This document shows positions 19,568 through 30,857 of a stretch of 64,000 nt of DNA, piece by piece (position 1 is the first letter of the stretch; each line of letters begins with the position of its first letter). The translations under genes were made by a program, and so were the position numbers. The stretch is from an uncultured Bacilli bacterium (GTDB taxonomy: Bacteria; Bacillota_I; Bacilli_A; RF39; UBA660): contig CAJUPN010000004.1 of assembly GCA_910588195.1 (NCBI GenBank), positions 88,290 through 152,289 on the forward strand, given 5' to 3'. The notes beneath the pieces are model-generated. The model searched no databases. It had not been told where the DNA came from and was given only the letters and a program-made list of their open reading frames with translations.

Positions 19568-19986
19568 CTTTAATCTACTCCTACTATCCTATTTATTATC
19601 TTTTACATTTCTGATTTTATTATTACATGATGGCAAATAAAGTAAATTAAAAAATTTTTACATCTTAAAATATTCAATAAAAGCTCTTATCATTAAATAC
19701 AATATAACTTATGTTAGCATTTTTTTCAAGATATATACTAAAGATATTAACTTTTTTTCTAATTTTTTTAATTTAGAAAAATATTTATTCTAAAAAAAAT
19801 CATCTCTGTGGCATTAATGAGATCTAAAAAGCAATAACAATAAACTTGTAAAAAAGCCCTTTTTATGTTATTATGAATGTGTCAAGGAAACTTGCATAAA
19901 ATAAAAAAGGGAACATTCAGTTTTTGCTTAGTTGAATGTCTACCCAATTATTTGTGAAGACATTTAATTCAATGATGAATTAAGTG

Positions 19987-20079
19987 TCATTTTTTTATTA
20001 CTACTATCATAATGATAAAGAGAAATAAAATGATAGCAATGAGCTTAAGAACTTTAATTATAAAAGTCTTAGTTTTCAT
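19987..20079 (-). CDS. Putative 30-aa hydrophobic peptide (MKTKTFIIKVLKLIAIILFLFIIMIVVIKK)
   Basis: Near-perfect RBS GAGAGGAGG 9 nt upstream of the ATG. Single TM helix with a basic C-terminus. Confidence 0.3.
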   Translation of the reverse strand: MKTKTFIIKVLKLIAIILFLFIIMIVVIKK

Positions 20080-20222
20080 TTTTATCAAACCTCCTCTCTT
20101 CTAGAGATTCGGTAGACACTCAACAACTGATATTCCCACAAACATTATATCGAACATTAGTTCATTATGCAATATTATAATTTCATTTTTAACGATTATT
20201 ATTGTATATCAATTTCAAATAA

Positions 20223-20828
20223 CTAAAACTTATTATTTTTATTAATAAATTTCAATTTTCTTAGATAAAATATTTCAAACAATATTATCGAGATAGCTAA
20301 GTAATACTGACTAAATGTAATTTTAATATTGTTTAAAATCTCATTATCTATATCTAAAAAAACTTTTAATATTCCATAAAATACGATACAAAAAATAAAG
20401 TTAATAAAAATAATTTTAAATAAATCATGTTTATTCTTTGTCTTATTAAAAACTATACCTGTTATGATAATCAAAGAAATTGTTATAATATAAATAAATT
20501 CTATTATTAAAGTTATATCTACTTTAGAAAAATAATTATCAAATTTTATTATGCTATTATACTGAGAATTCGCTTCATCATTTAAATTTTTAACATTAAA
20601 ATTCTCATTTCTATAATGGCTTTTTACATATTTTTTCAAATCTTTATTAATCTGTTCTTCATCTACATTTAAATATTCTAATCTTTTATTTATTTTTTCA
20701 TAATAACCAACCTTATTAAATACCATATAGATAAAATTCTTATTTAAAACAGTAAGAGAAAATACGGCAAAAAGAAAAGTTATTGAAAAAAGCAATCCTA
20801 AAAAAATATTAATTATGTTTTTTTTCAT
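20223..20828 (-). CDS. Multi-pass membrane protein of unknown function
   Basis: Hydrophobic helices throughout. The likely start is the internal Met (MKKNIINIF...). Confidence 0.4.
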   Translation of the reverse strand: MKKNIINIFLGLLFSITFLFAVFSLTVLNKNFIYMVFNKVGYYEKINKRLEYLNVDEEQINKDLKKYVKSHYRNENFNVKNLNDEANSQYNSIIKFDNYFSKVDITLIIEFIYIITISLIIITGIVFNKTKNKHDLFKIIFINFIFCIVFYGILKVFLDIDNEILNNIKITFSQYYLAISIILFEIFYLRKLKFINKNNKF

Positions 20829-21276
20829 ACATTCCCCTAAATAAATAAAAACGAACGACAAGATAAGAAGCTATTAAAGAAGCTGAAGAATCTAATAAAA
20901 CATCTACTAAATTCCCATTTCTTGAGTCTACAAAAGTTTGATGAATTTCATCAAAAAGAGCTGCTACTATACAAAAAATAGATGAATAAATCAAAATTCT
21001 TTTATTAATATTAAAACTAACAAAAAAGTTAACTACAATAATTCCTAAAATAAAATATTCAACAAAATGAGCAGATTTTCGTACAACAAATGAATAATGT
21101 TTTACTATTTTCTGCATACTTTCAGAATCCTTATCTATATTAGAAAAAGTAGAAACAACATTTTTAATTAACTTTTCACTCATTCCACCAGATGTTTCTC
21201 CACTAGCATTAGAAAAACTAAAAATCACACCTAACCATAAAACAAGTAAAAATATTGCAGCAAATTTTCTAATCAT
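20809..21276 (-). CDS. VanZ-like family membrane protein
   Basis: 155 aa with four TM segments. Conserved RKSAHFVEYFILG motif typical of VanZ-like proteins. Confidence 0.55.
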   Translation of the reverse strand: MIRKFAAIFLLVLWLGVIFSFSNASGETSGGMSEKLIKNVVSTFSNIDKDSESMQKIVKHYSFVVRKSAHFVEYFILGIIVVNFFVSFNINKRILIYSSIFCIVAALFDEIHQTFVDSRNGNLVDVLLDSSASLIASYLVVRFYLFRGMYEKKHN

Positions 21277-21893
21277 TAAAAATCAGTCCTACTTTCAATA
21301 TAGTCGTTAGCTGTTTTAATAAATTCTTTTATATACTTCATTTCAAAATTAATATTTTCTTGAACTGGAGTATTAAAATCATATTGAATTAATAAATCTT
21401 TAAAATCAACAGCATTCGTAATAAATCTTTCCCAACAATTAATTGAACCAAATTTATTATTAAAACTACGATACCAACTTAAATTAAAATCTTCAATATC
21501 TTCTAGTTCATCAACACATAAGAAACGGTCTTTAACTTTATCCACATAATTAGATGGCATAAATATACTTGAAATATAACCCATACGATAAAAATAGCAT
21601 TTAGCCTCTTCAAATAAGTCAACTATATCAAATATTATTTCTTCTATTTTTTTAAAATAAACATGATTAATAACAAAATTAAGTGAAACTCTACTTATTT
21701 GCATTTGAAAATCAGGATTAGTATTAAATAAAATTAATGGTGATCTTGTTTTCCCATTATCTGGTAATATTATTGGGTCCCCTAATTCAGGATATCTAAC
21801 TAATATTTCCTTTGAAATATCCACTAAACTAAAACTAGTATTCTCTTTAAAAAATAAAACTATTTCCTTTGTATCTTTCATAAAACCCTCCAT
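21276..21893 (-). CDS. Hypothetical cytoplasmic protein, translationally coupled to the upstream LtaS-family gene
   Basis: 205 aa, with its start overlapping the upstream stop. No recognisable motif. Confidence 0.45.
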   Translation of the reverse strand: MEGFMKDTKEIVLFFKENTSFSLVDISKEILVRYPELGDPIILPDNGKTRSPLILFNTNPDFQMQISRVSLNFVINHVYFKKIEEIIFDIVDLFEEAKCYFYRMGYISSIFMPSNYVDKVKDRFLCVDELEDIEDFNLSWYRSFNNKFGSINCWERFITNAVDFKDLLIQYDFNTPVQENINFEMKYIKEFIKTANDYIESRTDF

Positions 21894-23755
21894 TAAATTC
21901 CATAGTAATTAGTAAGTAAAATTGATTTATTCTTTGATATATTATAATTAACCTTTGTAAGTATTGCTTCCTTTGTTAAAGAACAAGTTTTTGACGAAAT
22001 ATAAGCCCCATCAGAAAACCAAACAAAGTCATCATGTGTACTAGAAAATACATCATCACCCAAATACGCATTAGGATTATACTTTATATCCAACATATTT
22101 AAAAGCGTTGGCAAAACATCTGCTGTATCAAGAATTGTATCAATATCTTTATGTGACATATCATTTGACCAAATTACTAATGGTGTATTTTGTAAAGCCT
22201 TACGATCATTTATTACATCTTTTTTTAATGCAACATAGTCAGTATCTGAATAACCATATACATAGTGATCACTTGCAAGAACTATTACAACATCATCTAT
22301 CAATTTTCTTTCTTCTATTTTTTGTAAAAGTATTCTTATAAATCGATCAGTATCATTTGCCAGGGTTCTATAAATATACTCTTCATAATTATACTTTGTA
22401 TGATCTAAATAATGTGGTACTCTTTTAAAAACTTTATTATCATTAGTATACTCTAAATGAGCAGAATAAGTTGTAATAAAACTTAAAAACTTTTTATCAT
22501 TTAATATTAAATCCACTAACTTTTCATCACTTATAAATTCTGAATCAGAATAATAATTTTTATTGTGATCTAAAATTCCTGCATTTTGCATATCTAAAGC
22601 TGAATAGTGCTTATCATAGCCTAAATCATTATGAAATTTTCCTCTATTATAAAATGAAGATGCATTAGCATGAAAAGAATTTGTCACATAACCATTTTTC
22701 TTCAAAATATTTGCTAAACTATATTTATATTCAACGTCATTAATATCATAAATAGCCTTTTTATTATTTATTGCATACATCCCTGTATTAAGTGCAAACT
22801 CAGTATTGATAGTTTGTCCACCATTAAAGAAAGGTGAATAACGATTCGTAAAATTCAATCCTGTATCCATTAAATACTTCAAAGTAGGCATCGTTTGATT
22901 ATCAACAATCCAAGAATCAATACTTTCCATCATAATAAATATTACACTTTTATCTTTAAAAACTCCTGTATACTCATTATTTGATAAAGTTTTTCCATAA
23001 ATAGCGTTATATTCATCAACATTAGACTTTAAAAGAGCCTTATCTTCCGTTAATAAATTATAAAAATATTTATAAATAATTCTTACATTATACTCATAAA
23101 AACCACTTACAAACATTGAAGAGTTCGGATTAGTAAAATTATTATATATATTTTTGGTATTATAATTTTCTTGCCAATTATTATTATCAACATCATGCCC
23201 CAACATAACAAAGGAAATACATCTTGAAAGAATAATTGAAATAACAAATGCCCCTATAACATACTTATTAAATACCTTTTTATTATTTCCTTTTACCTTA
23301 AACTTTATATCAATATAATTAAGTAAGGCAATTAAACCCAAATTTATAAATATAGTTAAAATCATCCCTATATTTAAATTCAAAAATATACTAAAAAAAT
23401 ATTGAAATCCCTCACCTGCTAAAAATAAATCAGATACCATTATAAATTTTCCCATTTGTTGAGCAAAACAAATATGAGCAAAAAATAAAACATTTAAAGC
23501 AACAGCCACTACACTAAAAATTTTAATTCTCTTTTTATCAGAAATAAAATACATTATAAATAATATTATTAAAATCCATGATATCGTGAATCCAAGCCAT
23601 ATTGTACGACTTCTTAAGTTATTAAAATTAAATATTGTTATATCAAAAATACGTCTAGTATAGATATCCATATAAAAACTTATAATGAATAAAACTAAAA
23701 ACATTATTAAAAAACTTAGTCTTTTTTTATTAAATATTTTCTTCATATTAATCAC
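21893..23755 (-). CDS. LtaS-family polyglycerolphosphate transferase / sulfatase-domain membrane protein
   Basis: 620 aa. Five N-terminal TM helices plus an extracellular alkaline-phosphatase-superfamily domain (MESIDSW, HANASSFYNRG). Confidence 0.75.
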   Translation of the reverse strand: MINMKKIFNKKRLSFLIMFLVLFIISFYMDIYTRRIFDITIFNFNNLRSRTIWLGFTISWILIILFIMYFISDKKRIKIFSVVAVALNVLFFAHICFAQQMGKFIMVSDLFLAGEGFQYFFSIFLNLNIGMILTIFINLGLIALLNYIDIKFKVKGNNKKVFNKYVIGAFVISIILSRCISFVMLGHDVDNNNWQENYNTKNIYNNFTNPNSSMFVSGFYEYNVRIIYKYFYNLLTEDKALLKSNVDEYNAIYGKTLSNNEYTGVFKDKSVIFIMMESIDSWIVDNQTMPTLKYLMDTGLNFTNRYSPFFNGGQTINTEFALNTGMYAINNKKAIYDINDVEYKYSLANILKKNGYVTNSFHANASSFYNRGKFHNDLGYDKHYSALDMQNAGILDHNKNYYSDSEFISDEKLVDLILNDKKFLSFITTYSAHLEYTNDNKVFKRVPHYLDHTKYNYEEYIYRTLANDTDRFIRILLQKIEERKLIDDVVIVLASDHYVYGYSDTDYVALKKDVINDRKALQNTPLVIWSNDMSHKDIDTILDTADVLPTLLNMLDIKYNPNAYLGDDVFSSTHDDFVWFSDGAYISSKTCSLTKEAILTKVNYNISKNKSILLTNYYGI

Positions 23756-23804
23756 ACCTTAATTATAACATAAAAAAGAAAAAACATAACAATTATATGT
23801 TATG

Positions 23805-24428
23805 TTAATCAATCACTTTAATAGATTCAATTACTGGTTGATTAGCACTTGAAACAAAACCATCATCATCTATTGGTTTGGCATCTTCAGCAATCTTATC
23901 AACTACTTCCATTCCATCAGTTACATGACCAAATGCAGCATAATCACCATCTAAAAATTTAGAGTCCTTATGAACAATAAAGAATTGACTGCTTGCTGAA
24001 TCATTATCCCTACCACGAGCCATTGAAATAACACCTCTAACATGACTAATTGAATTTTCAACTCCATTAGAAGCAAATTCTCCTTTTATCTTTGTTTGAC
24101 TTCCACCAGTTCCATCCCCTGATGGATCCCCTCCTTGGATCATAAAATCTTTTATTATACGATGAAAAGTCAACCCATCATAAAAGTTTTTATTTACTAA
24201 ATAAATAAAATTAGTAACAGTAATTGGAGCAATATCAGCATCTAATTCTAATGCTATTTCTCCATAATTTTTAATATTAATTACAACATTATGTTTTCCA
24301 CTCATAAGTTCCACCTCATCTATACTATCTTTTTTCTTTTGTTTGTTAGATAAAAAACAAGAAAAAATAATTACTAAGACTATAATTCCTGCTATTATCC
24401 ACCCAATATTATTTTTCATATCATTCAC
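23805..24428 (-). CDS. ppiB: Cyclophilin-type peptidyl-prolyl cis-trans isomerase, membrane-anchored
   Basis: FHRIIKDFMIQGGDP...GTGG motifs. N-terminal TM helix. Confidence 0.85.
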   Translation of the reverse strand: MNDMKNNIGWIIAGIIVLVIIFSCFLSNKQKKKDSIDEVELMSGKHNVVINIKNYGEIALELDADIAPITVTNFIYLVNKNFYDGLTFHRIIKDFMIQGGDPSGDGTGGSQTKIKGEFASNGVENSISHVRGVISMARGRDNDSASSQFFIVHKDSKFLDGDYAAFGHVTDGMEVVDKIAEDAKPIDDDGFVSSANQPVIESIKVID

Positions 24429-24461
24429 CTTAAAACATTATAGATAAAAATATGTTTATTG

Positions 24462-25853
24462 TCAAATAGAAATATCATCTATTATTTTTAATGCGGCCTT
24501 TTTCCCTGCTTCATAAGCAAGAATAACTGTTGCAGCTCCTGTCACCGCATCCCCCCCAGCATATACTCTATCTATGTTCGTTTTTGTATCATCTACTAAA
24601 ATTAATCCATAAGTGTCAGTTTTAATATTAGAATCATTAAGTATTAGAGAATTAGGCATTGTTCCTAAAGCCATAACAACCATATCACAGTCTATTTTTT
24701 TTATTGCATTTTGTATTTCTTTTACACTTCTTCTTTCTGTACCATCATCAATTAATTCCATTAAGGAAACTTCCATACCAACTACTTCATTATTTTCGAC
24801 AATTATTTCTTTCGGATTTGTTAAATAAAGAAACTCTATACCTTCTTCTTTAGCATGTTTTATTTCTTCTTTTCTTGCAGGTGCTTCTAACTCGCTTCGT
24901 CTATAAACTATACTAACAGAAGCTCCCATTCGTCTAAGCGATCTAGCAGCATCAATAGCTACATTTCCACAACCTACAACCACGACTCTCTTAGCCTCAT
25001 ATACAGGTGTTTTTGACTCCCTATTATAAGCACCCATTAAATTAATTCGTGTTAATACTTCATTTGCTGAAAAGACACCATTAGCACACTCGTTTTTTAT
25101 GCCCATAAATCTTGGTAATCCTGCACCTGTAGCTAAATAAACAGCATCATATTTACTCTTCAACTCAGTTATACTAAAAGAAAGCCCAATTGGAGCATTA
25201 AATACAAATTTTACACCTAAATCCACTAACGCTTCTATTTCTTTATCAACAATTTTTTTCGGAAGTCTAAACTCTGGTATTCCATAAGTTAATACACCAC
25301 CTGCTTTATGAAGTGACTCATAAATAGTTACACTAAACCCCTCACTTTGAAGAATAGAAGCACAAGCAAGACCAGATGGACCAGAACCAACTATAGCAAC
25401 TGTTTTGCCATTAGATTTCTTTTTATTATCTATTTTAATATTATTTTTAATAGCTTCATCTGAAACATATCTTTCTAATGATCCTATCGAAATAGCGTCT
25501 CCTTTAAATCCTTTAATACACATACTTTCACATTGCTTTTCTTGAGGACAAACACGACCACATATTCCAGGAAATAAATTATCCTCCCTAATAATTTCAT
25601 AAGCAAGATTAATATCATCATTTTTTATTGCTTCAATAAACTTCGGAATTTTAATACCTATCGGACACCCTTTTACACACCTTGGATTTTGACAATTTAA
25701 ACATCTATTAGCTTCTTTTTGAGCTTCTTCTTTATTATATCCTAAATTGACTTCTGAAAAATTATTTACTCGAGTTTCTTTATCCCTACTTCTCATTTGA
25801 ACTTTATTCATGATTACACTCTCCACATCCTCCATGATGGGTATTACCTTCAA
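24462..25853 (-). CDS. nfnB: NADPH-dependent glutamate-synthase-small-subunit-like oxidoreductase (NfnB/SudA-like; FAD, NAD(P)H, 2x[4Fe-4S])
   Basis: Cys clusters (CLNCQNPRCVKGCP). Two Rossmann GxGxxG motifs (VAIVGSGPSGL, VVVVGCGNVAID). Paired with a PyrK-like subunit gene. Confidence 0.65.
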   Translation of the reverse strand: MKVIPIMEDVESVIMNKVQMRSRDKETRVNNFSEVNLGYNKEEAQKEANRCLNCQNPRCVKGCPIGIKIPKFIEAIKNDDINLAYEIIREDNLFPGICGRVCPQEKQCESMCIKGFKGDAISIGSLERYVSDEAIKNNIKIDNKKKSNGKTVAIVGSGPSGLACASILQSEGFSVTIYESLHKAGGVLTYGIPEFRLPKKIVDKEIEALVDLGVKFVFNAPIGLSFSITELKSKYDAVYLATGAGLPRFMGIKNECANGVFSANEVLTRINLMGAYNRESKTPVYEAKRVVVVGCGNVAIDAARSLRRMGASVSIVYRRSELEAPARKEEIKHAKEEGIEFLYLTNPKEIIVENNEVVGMEVSLMELIDDGTERRSVKEIQNAIKKIDCDMVVMALGTMPNSLILNDSNIKTDTYGLILVDDTKTNIDRVYAGGDAVTGAATVILAYEAGKKAALKIIDDISI

Positions 25854-26679
25854 TAGCTTCTAAATATTTACGTCCTTCAAAAGTTTTATAAATATTCATG
25901 CGTTCCATTGCTAAATCAAAATCCACCTTATGTCCATCAAATTCTGGACCATCAACACAAGCAAATAAAACCTTCCCATCAACAACCAAACGACAAGCTC
26001 CACACATACCAGTACCATCAACCATTATAGGATTCATACTGACAATTGTCTTTAAACCGATTTCCTTAGTTTTTAAAGAAACATATTTCATCATAATAAC
26101 TGGTCCAACAGTTAAGCAAACATCATAATCTTCAAGTCTCTCCATAGCATCCACTACATTACCTTTTATTCCCTTTGTACCATCATCTGTAACAATTTTA
26201 TAATTATTAACACTTTTCTTTATTTTATCTTCTAATATAAGTAAATCACTACTTTTAGCACCATATATTAAATCACAAAGTACTCCCCTAGAAGACATAT
26301 AATTTAATGTTGCCATAACAGGAGCTATTCCAACACCACCTGCCACAAAAAGGACTTTTTTATCTTTATACTCATCAATATTTGAAACAAGTATACTAGG
26401 TTTCCCAAGTGGCCCAACTATCGAATATAAATCATTTTCTACAGTTGTTAATTCCAAAGTAGAAGCCCCAACAACCTGATAAACTAAACTTACAACATTA
26501 TTTTTTTTATCACATTCATAAATAGTAAGAGGTATTCTTTCAGAAGAAGAAGATGCCATAACAATAACAAATTGACCAGGGAGTGCTTTTGTAACAATTA
26601 AAGGAGCTTCAACTTCTAACAAGTAAATATTTTTAGCTAACATCTTATTAGTCCTAACTTTATACATAGTTATCACCAA
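25804..26679 (-). CDS. nfnA: PyrK-like FAD/[2Fe-2S] electron-transfer subunit (NfnA/SudB-like)
   Basis: 291 aa ferredoxin-NADP reductase-like fold with a C-terminal Cys cluster (CGACRL...C...GGCGEC). Overlaps the downstream GltD-like gene. Confidence 0.65.
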   Translation of the reverse strand: MVITMYKVRTNKMLAKNIYLLEVEAPLIVTKALPGQFVIVMASSSSERIPLTIYECDKKNNVVSLVYQVVGASTLELTTVENDLYSIVGPLGKPSILVSNIDEYKDKKVLFVAGGVGIAPVMATLNYMSSRGVLCDLIYGAKSSDLLILEDKIKKSVNNYKIVTDDGTKGIKGNVVDAMERLEDYDVCLTVGPVIMMKYVSLKTKEIGLKTIVSMNPIMVDGTGMCGACRLVVDGKVLFACVDGPEFDGHKVDFDLAMERMNIYKTFEGRKYLEAIEGNTHHGGCGECNHE

Positions 26680-26841
26680 TTTAATTATACCATTTAATAT
26701 ATTTAGAAAAAAGAATATTTCTTTTTATTGCAAGCTAATAGTACACCATTTATGGTTTATAACAGCCATGAATTACATCAATTGTGGTGTAAAATCAATA
26801 AACATACGACAATATATGACAAAATATTTATGGGTGAAGGT

Positions 26842-27096
26842 ATGAATATCAATAGATTAAGAGAAATTAGAGAAGATAGAGATTATTCCCAAAGAGACAT
26901 AGCAAGAGTTTTACATGTCCCTCAACAAAACTATAGTCGATATGAACTTGGGATTGTTAGAATGCCCATTGAAAAGTATGTCATCCTTGCTAAATTTTAT
27001 AGAGTAAGTGTTGATTATTTAATTGGCTTAACAGACGAAATAAAACCATATCCAAAAAGTATTATTGAAAAAGAAAAAGCAGCTATTAGTGAATAG
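26842..27096 (+). CDS. XRE-family HTH transcriptional regulator
   Basis: MNINRLREIREDRDYSQRDIARVL... is a Cro/C1-type HTH. The longer ORF from 26728 is probably N-terminal over-extension. Confidence 0.6.
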   Translation: MNINRLREIREDRDYSQRDIARVLHVPQQNYSRYELGIVRMPIEKYVILAKFYRVSVDYLIGLTDEIKPYPKSIIEKEKAAISE

Positions 27097-30000
27097 TTGC
27101 TTTTTTACTATCTTTTTTTATAATAATTTTATCAAAAATAGCTAATATTGGCGGTAAAATAAAAATAATTAAAAGTGCTGCACAAAGTGAACCTTTAGAT
27201 AAAGTCATACATATTTTAGCGGCTATTTGTGAAGCAAAATTACCAACTATAAGAGTTACAATAACTAAAATTGAAGAAGAACAAAGAATAGTATGAATAG
27301 ACTTATTATAAGCTTCAATTATTGACTTCTTTATATCAAAACTTTTACGCATCTCAATATAATATGTTGTATAAACAATAGCATAATCTATAGTAGCTCC
27401 CATTAAAATACTTTGAACTATTAAAAGGGATATAAAATAACAGTTAGTTCCAGTTAATGATAAAATACTCATAGTTATATAAACTGCACACTGAATAATA
27501 AATACTAAAATTAAAGGTATTATAAAAGATTTAAATGTAATAGCTACTACAATAAATATCGCAATCATAGTTAAAATAGTAATTAGATTAAGCTCTTCAT
27601 TAAAACTTTTACTTATCTCATAAGCCATAGGAGAATCTCCAATAATATAAATATCATCAAATTTTAAACTATTTTTTAAATTCGCAATAAAATTAAAAGT
27701 TTCTTCTCCCTCAAAATAATATTTTGTATTTAAAATAATTCTTGAATACTCATTATTAGTTAAAATCTTTTTAGCATCATTTATTTTTTCATTAGCATTT
27801 ATTATAATATCTTTTTTATCTTTATCTAAAAATTCATTAAAACTAGAATCTAATAAAATATCATTATTTAAATAAGTTATTAATTCTTCTAAAGATAATT
27901 CATAGTCATCTTTAAATTCTTTTATAGAGCCATTATAAAGATAGACCATATCAACTAAATTATCATTTAACGATTTATTTAAAGTTGAAAGCATCATATA
28001 TGTTTTTCCAGCAGTTAATTTTTCTTTCTTTAAAGAAGAATTAATAACTTTTCTTATAGACTCTAATTGTTTTTTTGTATCACTATTAAAGTATTTTTTA
28101 TATTCTGGTCTTTTTACAACATCATTTATAATAAAATCAGTAAATTCATTTAAACTCATTAATATATTTTTACTATCAGCAAAAGAATATATTAATTTAA
28201 CTTTATTTTCTTCTATTCCTAAAATATTAGATATTTCCTTTGCAGAAAATTTCTTACCAAGATTAGTATAATTCATAATTTCTTTAACTAATTTAAGCAA
28301 ATTTATCTTACTAATATCTAACTTATTAATAAGATTCTCATCAGATAAAATAATATTTACAAATTGATTAGGACTTAATTTAAATTCATAATTATTATTT
28401 AAACCTATTAAAGTATATAATATAAAAATATTTTCATCTTTTAAATTAAATAATTTAGCTAATTCAGATGCTTTATACGAAGTTTTATTATTTGTAGATT
28501 CCATAATAAGTTTTATTAACTTTAAATTATTTAAGCTATTATTATCTAAAACAGATTCAAAATTTAAAATTACAAATTCAATAAATTCAGATGGACTAAA
28601 TTTATAATCATCATTAAAATTAAAATAAGAATATACCAGATTAACTAAATTATTATTTATATTACTAAATACTATTTCTAGTTGTTGTTTATTTAATTTA
28701 GTATTATTAAAATCATTCTTATTATATATAAACTCTTCTAAAACAAGAATCTTTTCTAAATCTACATCATCTAAATAATCGCTATTGGAACTAATAAATT
28801 TAATACCTTCTAAAAATTCTATCAAACTTAACTCCATATCACTTTCATATTTAGTATAATATAAAGACATTACACCTTTTACATCACTCTTTGACATAAA
28901 AAACATGTTTGATAAAAATTCATCATTTACTTCTTTATTAATTATTTTTTTATCAGTAAATGGCACAATTTTTTGGATATTTTCTCTATCTTCATTTTTA
29001 ATCATATTACTATACTTCTTATTAGGAATTATATTTTGATTAATAAAATTTAAAAATTCCCCCATTTGCATATTATTATCTACAGACAAAGAATTATATA
29101 AAATAAATATATCTTTAACTAAATCTTCGTCAACTTCTAAAATATTTGCTATATCCTTTGCAGTTCTTTTTTTATTTATTTTCTTTTGATCAGTAAAATT
29201 TGTTAACTTAGACAAATTAGTTTTGGTACTTTGATCAATATTTTTAGACAAATCTTTATTATTCAAAATATCTTTATTAACGAATTCAACAAATTCATTT
29301 ATCGTCATCTTATTTTGATTATCTTTATTATAGTAATTATAATAAACTAACTTAAGAATATATTCATCAACATTAACGTCTAAACCAAGAGAGTTTATTT
29401 TTTCATTTACTTCATTATATTTTAATTTCTCTCCTATAGTAGTACTATAAGACAATATTTCTGAAATTTTATCATCATCTAAATTCTCAAAAACATCAGT
29501 TACTTCTTTTTCTAAAGATGAATTATAAATAATTGCAATTTGATTGTTTTCACTAAATACAGAAGCTATCTTATCATTTTCAGAACCTGTGTATAAAATG
29601 TTTACTCCATCCTTTAAAACAAATGATACACCAAACAATATTATAAAAATAATTAGTGCTGGATATCTAAAGCTATAGACAAAATTCCCAATAAAATTCA
29701 TTTTAAAGTTTAAACTCTTTTTCTTGGTCTTCAATATACTTTTATCAAAAAGTAAAATTAAAGCTGGTAAAACCAAAAATATACTAATTAAACTTAGTAA
29801 TACACCTTTAGCTAAAACAAATCCTAAATCTGCTCCTATTGTAAAACTCATAAAAACTAAAGCAAGAAGCCCAACTATTGTCGTAACTGAACTACTTGTA
29901 ATTTGAGAAGTAGCATAGAACAGAGCTTTTTTCATTGCAACTTGTTTATCCTTTTCTTTCTCTCGTTCTTGACTATATCTATTCATTAACATAATTGAAT

Positions 30001-30703
30001 AATCCATCGATAAAGCTAATTGAAGTATAGCTGCAATTGAATTGGTAATGTTAGAAACACTCGAAAATATTATGTTAGTTCCCATATTAACAAAAACTGC
30101 TAATCCAATGGCATAAAGAAATAAAAATGGTTCAATATAAGATTCACACATTATAATTAATATAATAATAGCAGAAACTATAGCAAATACAATAATCCAT
30201 AAATGAAGAACTGGTTTATTCCACTCAGAAATATTTCCACTTGTATAAATTTCATAGTTTGAATAATTATCAATTATTTCATTATAAAGATTACTAGCTA
30301 ACTCACTATCCTCTTTATCAGCAAGAGTTATAATATAAAGAGTATAATCATCCTTATTATAATTATCTGTTTCATCATATAAAACTTTACTAACACCATC
30401 TATTCTACTTAACTCTTCTTGAATTATATTTTTCTTATCATTTTCTAAACCTTCAAACATTAAATTTAGTGTACTTGTATTTGTCCCACTAAAATTTTTA
30501 TCCATTATATTCTTTCCTATTTTAGTTTCAGAATTCGTAGGCAAATATTTTGATATATCATAATTAATATTAACTTTAGTGCTTAAAAAAAGCGAGAATA
30601 AAGATAATATAGTAAATAATACCAATATGTAGTAACGTTTGTCTACAATAAAATTTATAATTTTATCTTTTATTATTTTCATGATTTTCTTCCTTTCAAT
30701 CAC
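27086..30703 (-). CDS. MMPL/RND-superfamily membrane transporter (YdfJ-like putative exporter)
   Basis: 1205 aa. Two 5-6 TM bundles (about aa 160-360 and 1040-1190) separated by a large extracytoplasmic domain. Divergent TetR regulator next door. Confidence 0.75.
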   Translation of the reverse strand: MIERKKIMKIIKDKIINFIVDKRYYILVLFTILSLFSLFLSTKVNINYDISKYLPTNSETKIGKNIMDKNFSGTNTSTLNLMFEGLENDKKNIIQEELSRIDGVSKVLYDETDNYNKDDYTLYIITLADKEDSELASNLYNEIIDNYSNYEIYTSGNISEWNKPVLHLWIIVFAIVSAIIILIIMCESYIEPFLFLYAIGLAVFVNMGTNIIFSSVSNITNSIAAILQLALSMDYSIMLMNRYSQEREKEKDKQVAMKKALFYATSQITSSSVTTIVGLLALVFMSFTIGADLGFVLAKGVLLSLISIFLVLPALILLFDKSILKTKKKSLNFKMNFIGNFVYSFRYPALIIFIILFGVSFVLKDGVNILYTGSENDKIASVFSENNQIAIIYNSSLEKEVTDVFENLDDDKISEILSYSTTIGEKLKYNEVNEKINSLGLDVNVDEYILKLVYYNYYNKDNQNKMTINEFVEFVNKDILNNKDLSKNIDQSTKTNLSKLTNFTDQKKINKKRTAKDIANILEVDEDLVKDIFILYNSLSVDNNMQMGEFLNFINQNIIPNKKYSNMIKNEDRENIQKIVPFTDKKIINKEVNDEFLSNMFFMSKSDVKGVMSLYYTKYESDMELSLIEFLEGIKFISSNSDYLDDVDLEKILVLEEFIYNKNDFNNTKLNKQQLEIVFSNINNNLVNLVYSYFNFNDDYKFSPSEFIEFVILNFESVLDNNSLNNLKLIKLIMESTNNKTSYKASELAKLFNLKDENIFILYTLIGLNNNYEFKLSPNQFVNIILSDENLINKLDISKINLLKLVKEIMNYTNLGKKFSAKEISNILGIEENKVKLIYSFADSKNILMSLNEFTDFIINDVVKRPEYKKYFNSDTKKQLESIRKVINSSLKKEKLTAGKTYMMLSTLNKSLNDNLVDMVYLYNGSIKEFKDDYELSLEELITYLNNDILLDSSFNEFLDKDKKDIIINANEKINDAKKILTNNEYSRIILNTKYYFEGEETFNFIANLKNSLKFDDIYIIGDSPMAYEISKSFNEELNLITILTMIAIFIVVAITFKSFIIPLILVFIIQCAVYITMSILSLTGTNCYFISLLIVQSILMGATIDYAIVYTTYYIEMRKSFDIKKSIIEAYNKSIHTILCSSSILVIVTLIVGNFASQIAAKICMTLSKGSLCAALLIIFILPPILAIFDKIIIKKDSKKATIH

Positions 30704-30755
30704 ATGAAATTATATGCAAGAAAGAAAGTAAAAAACAGTACACTTTATATTAATG

Positions 30756-30771
30756 TGTCTAAATTTAGACA
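30756..30771. promoter_or_regulatory. Perfect 16-bp palindrome TGTCTAAATTTAGACA (candidate TetR operator) in the divergent MMPL/tetR intergenic region
   Basis: Palindrome read directly from the sequence. A second TGTCTAA half-site lies about 40 bp downstream. Positioned between divergent promoters. Confidence 0.45.
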
Positions 30772-30857
30772 AAGTATAAATAAATGTATATTTTTACACT
30801 GTCTAATATTGTACATTATCAAAAAAATGCTATAATATCCAAAAAGAGGTGTCCATA

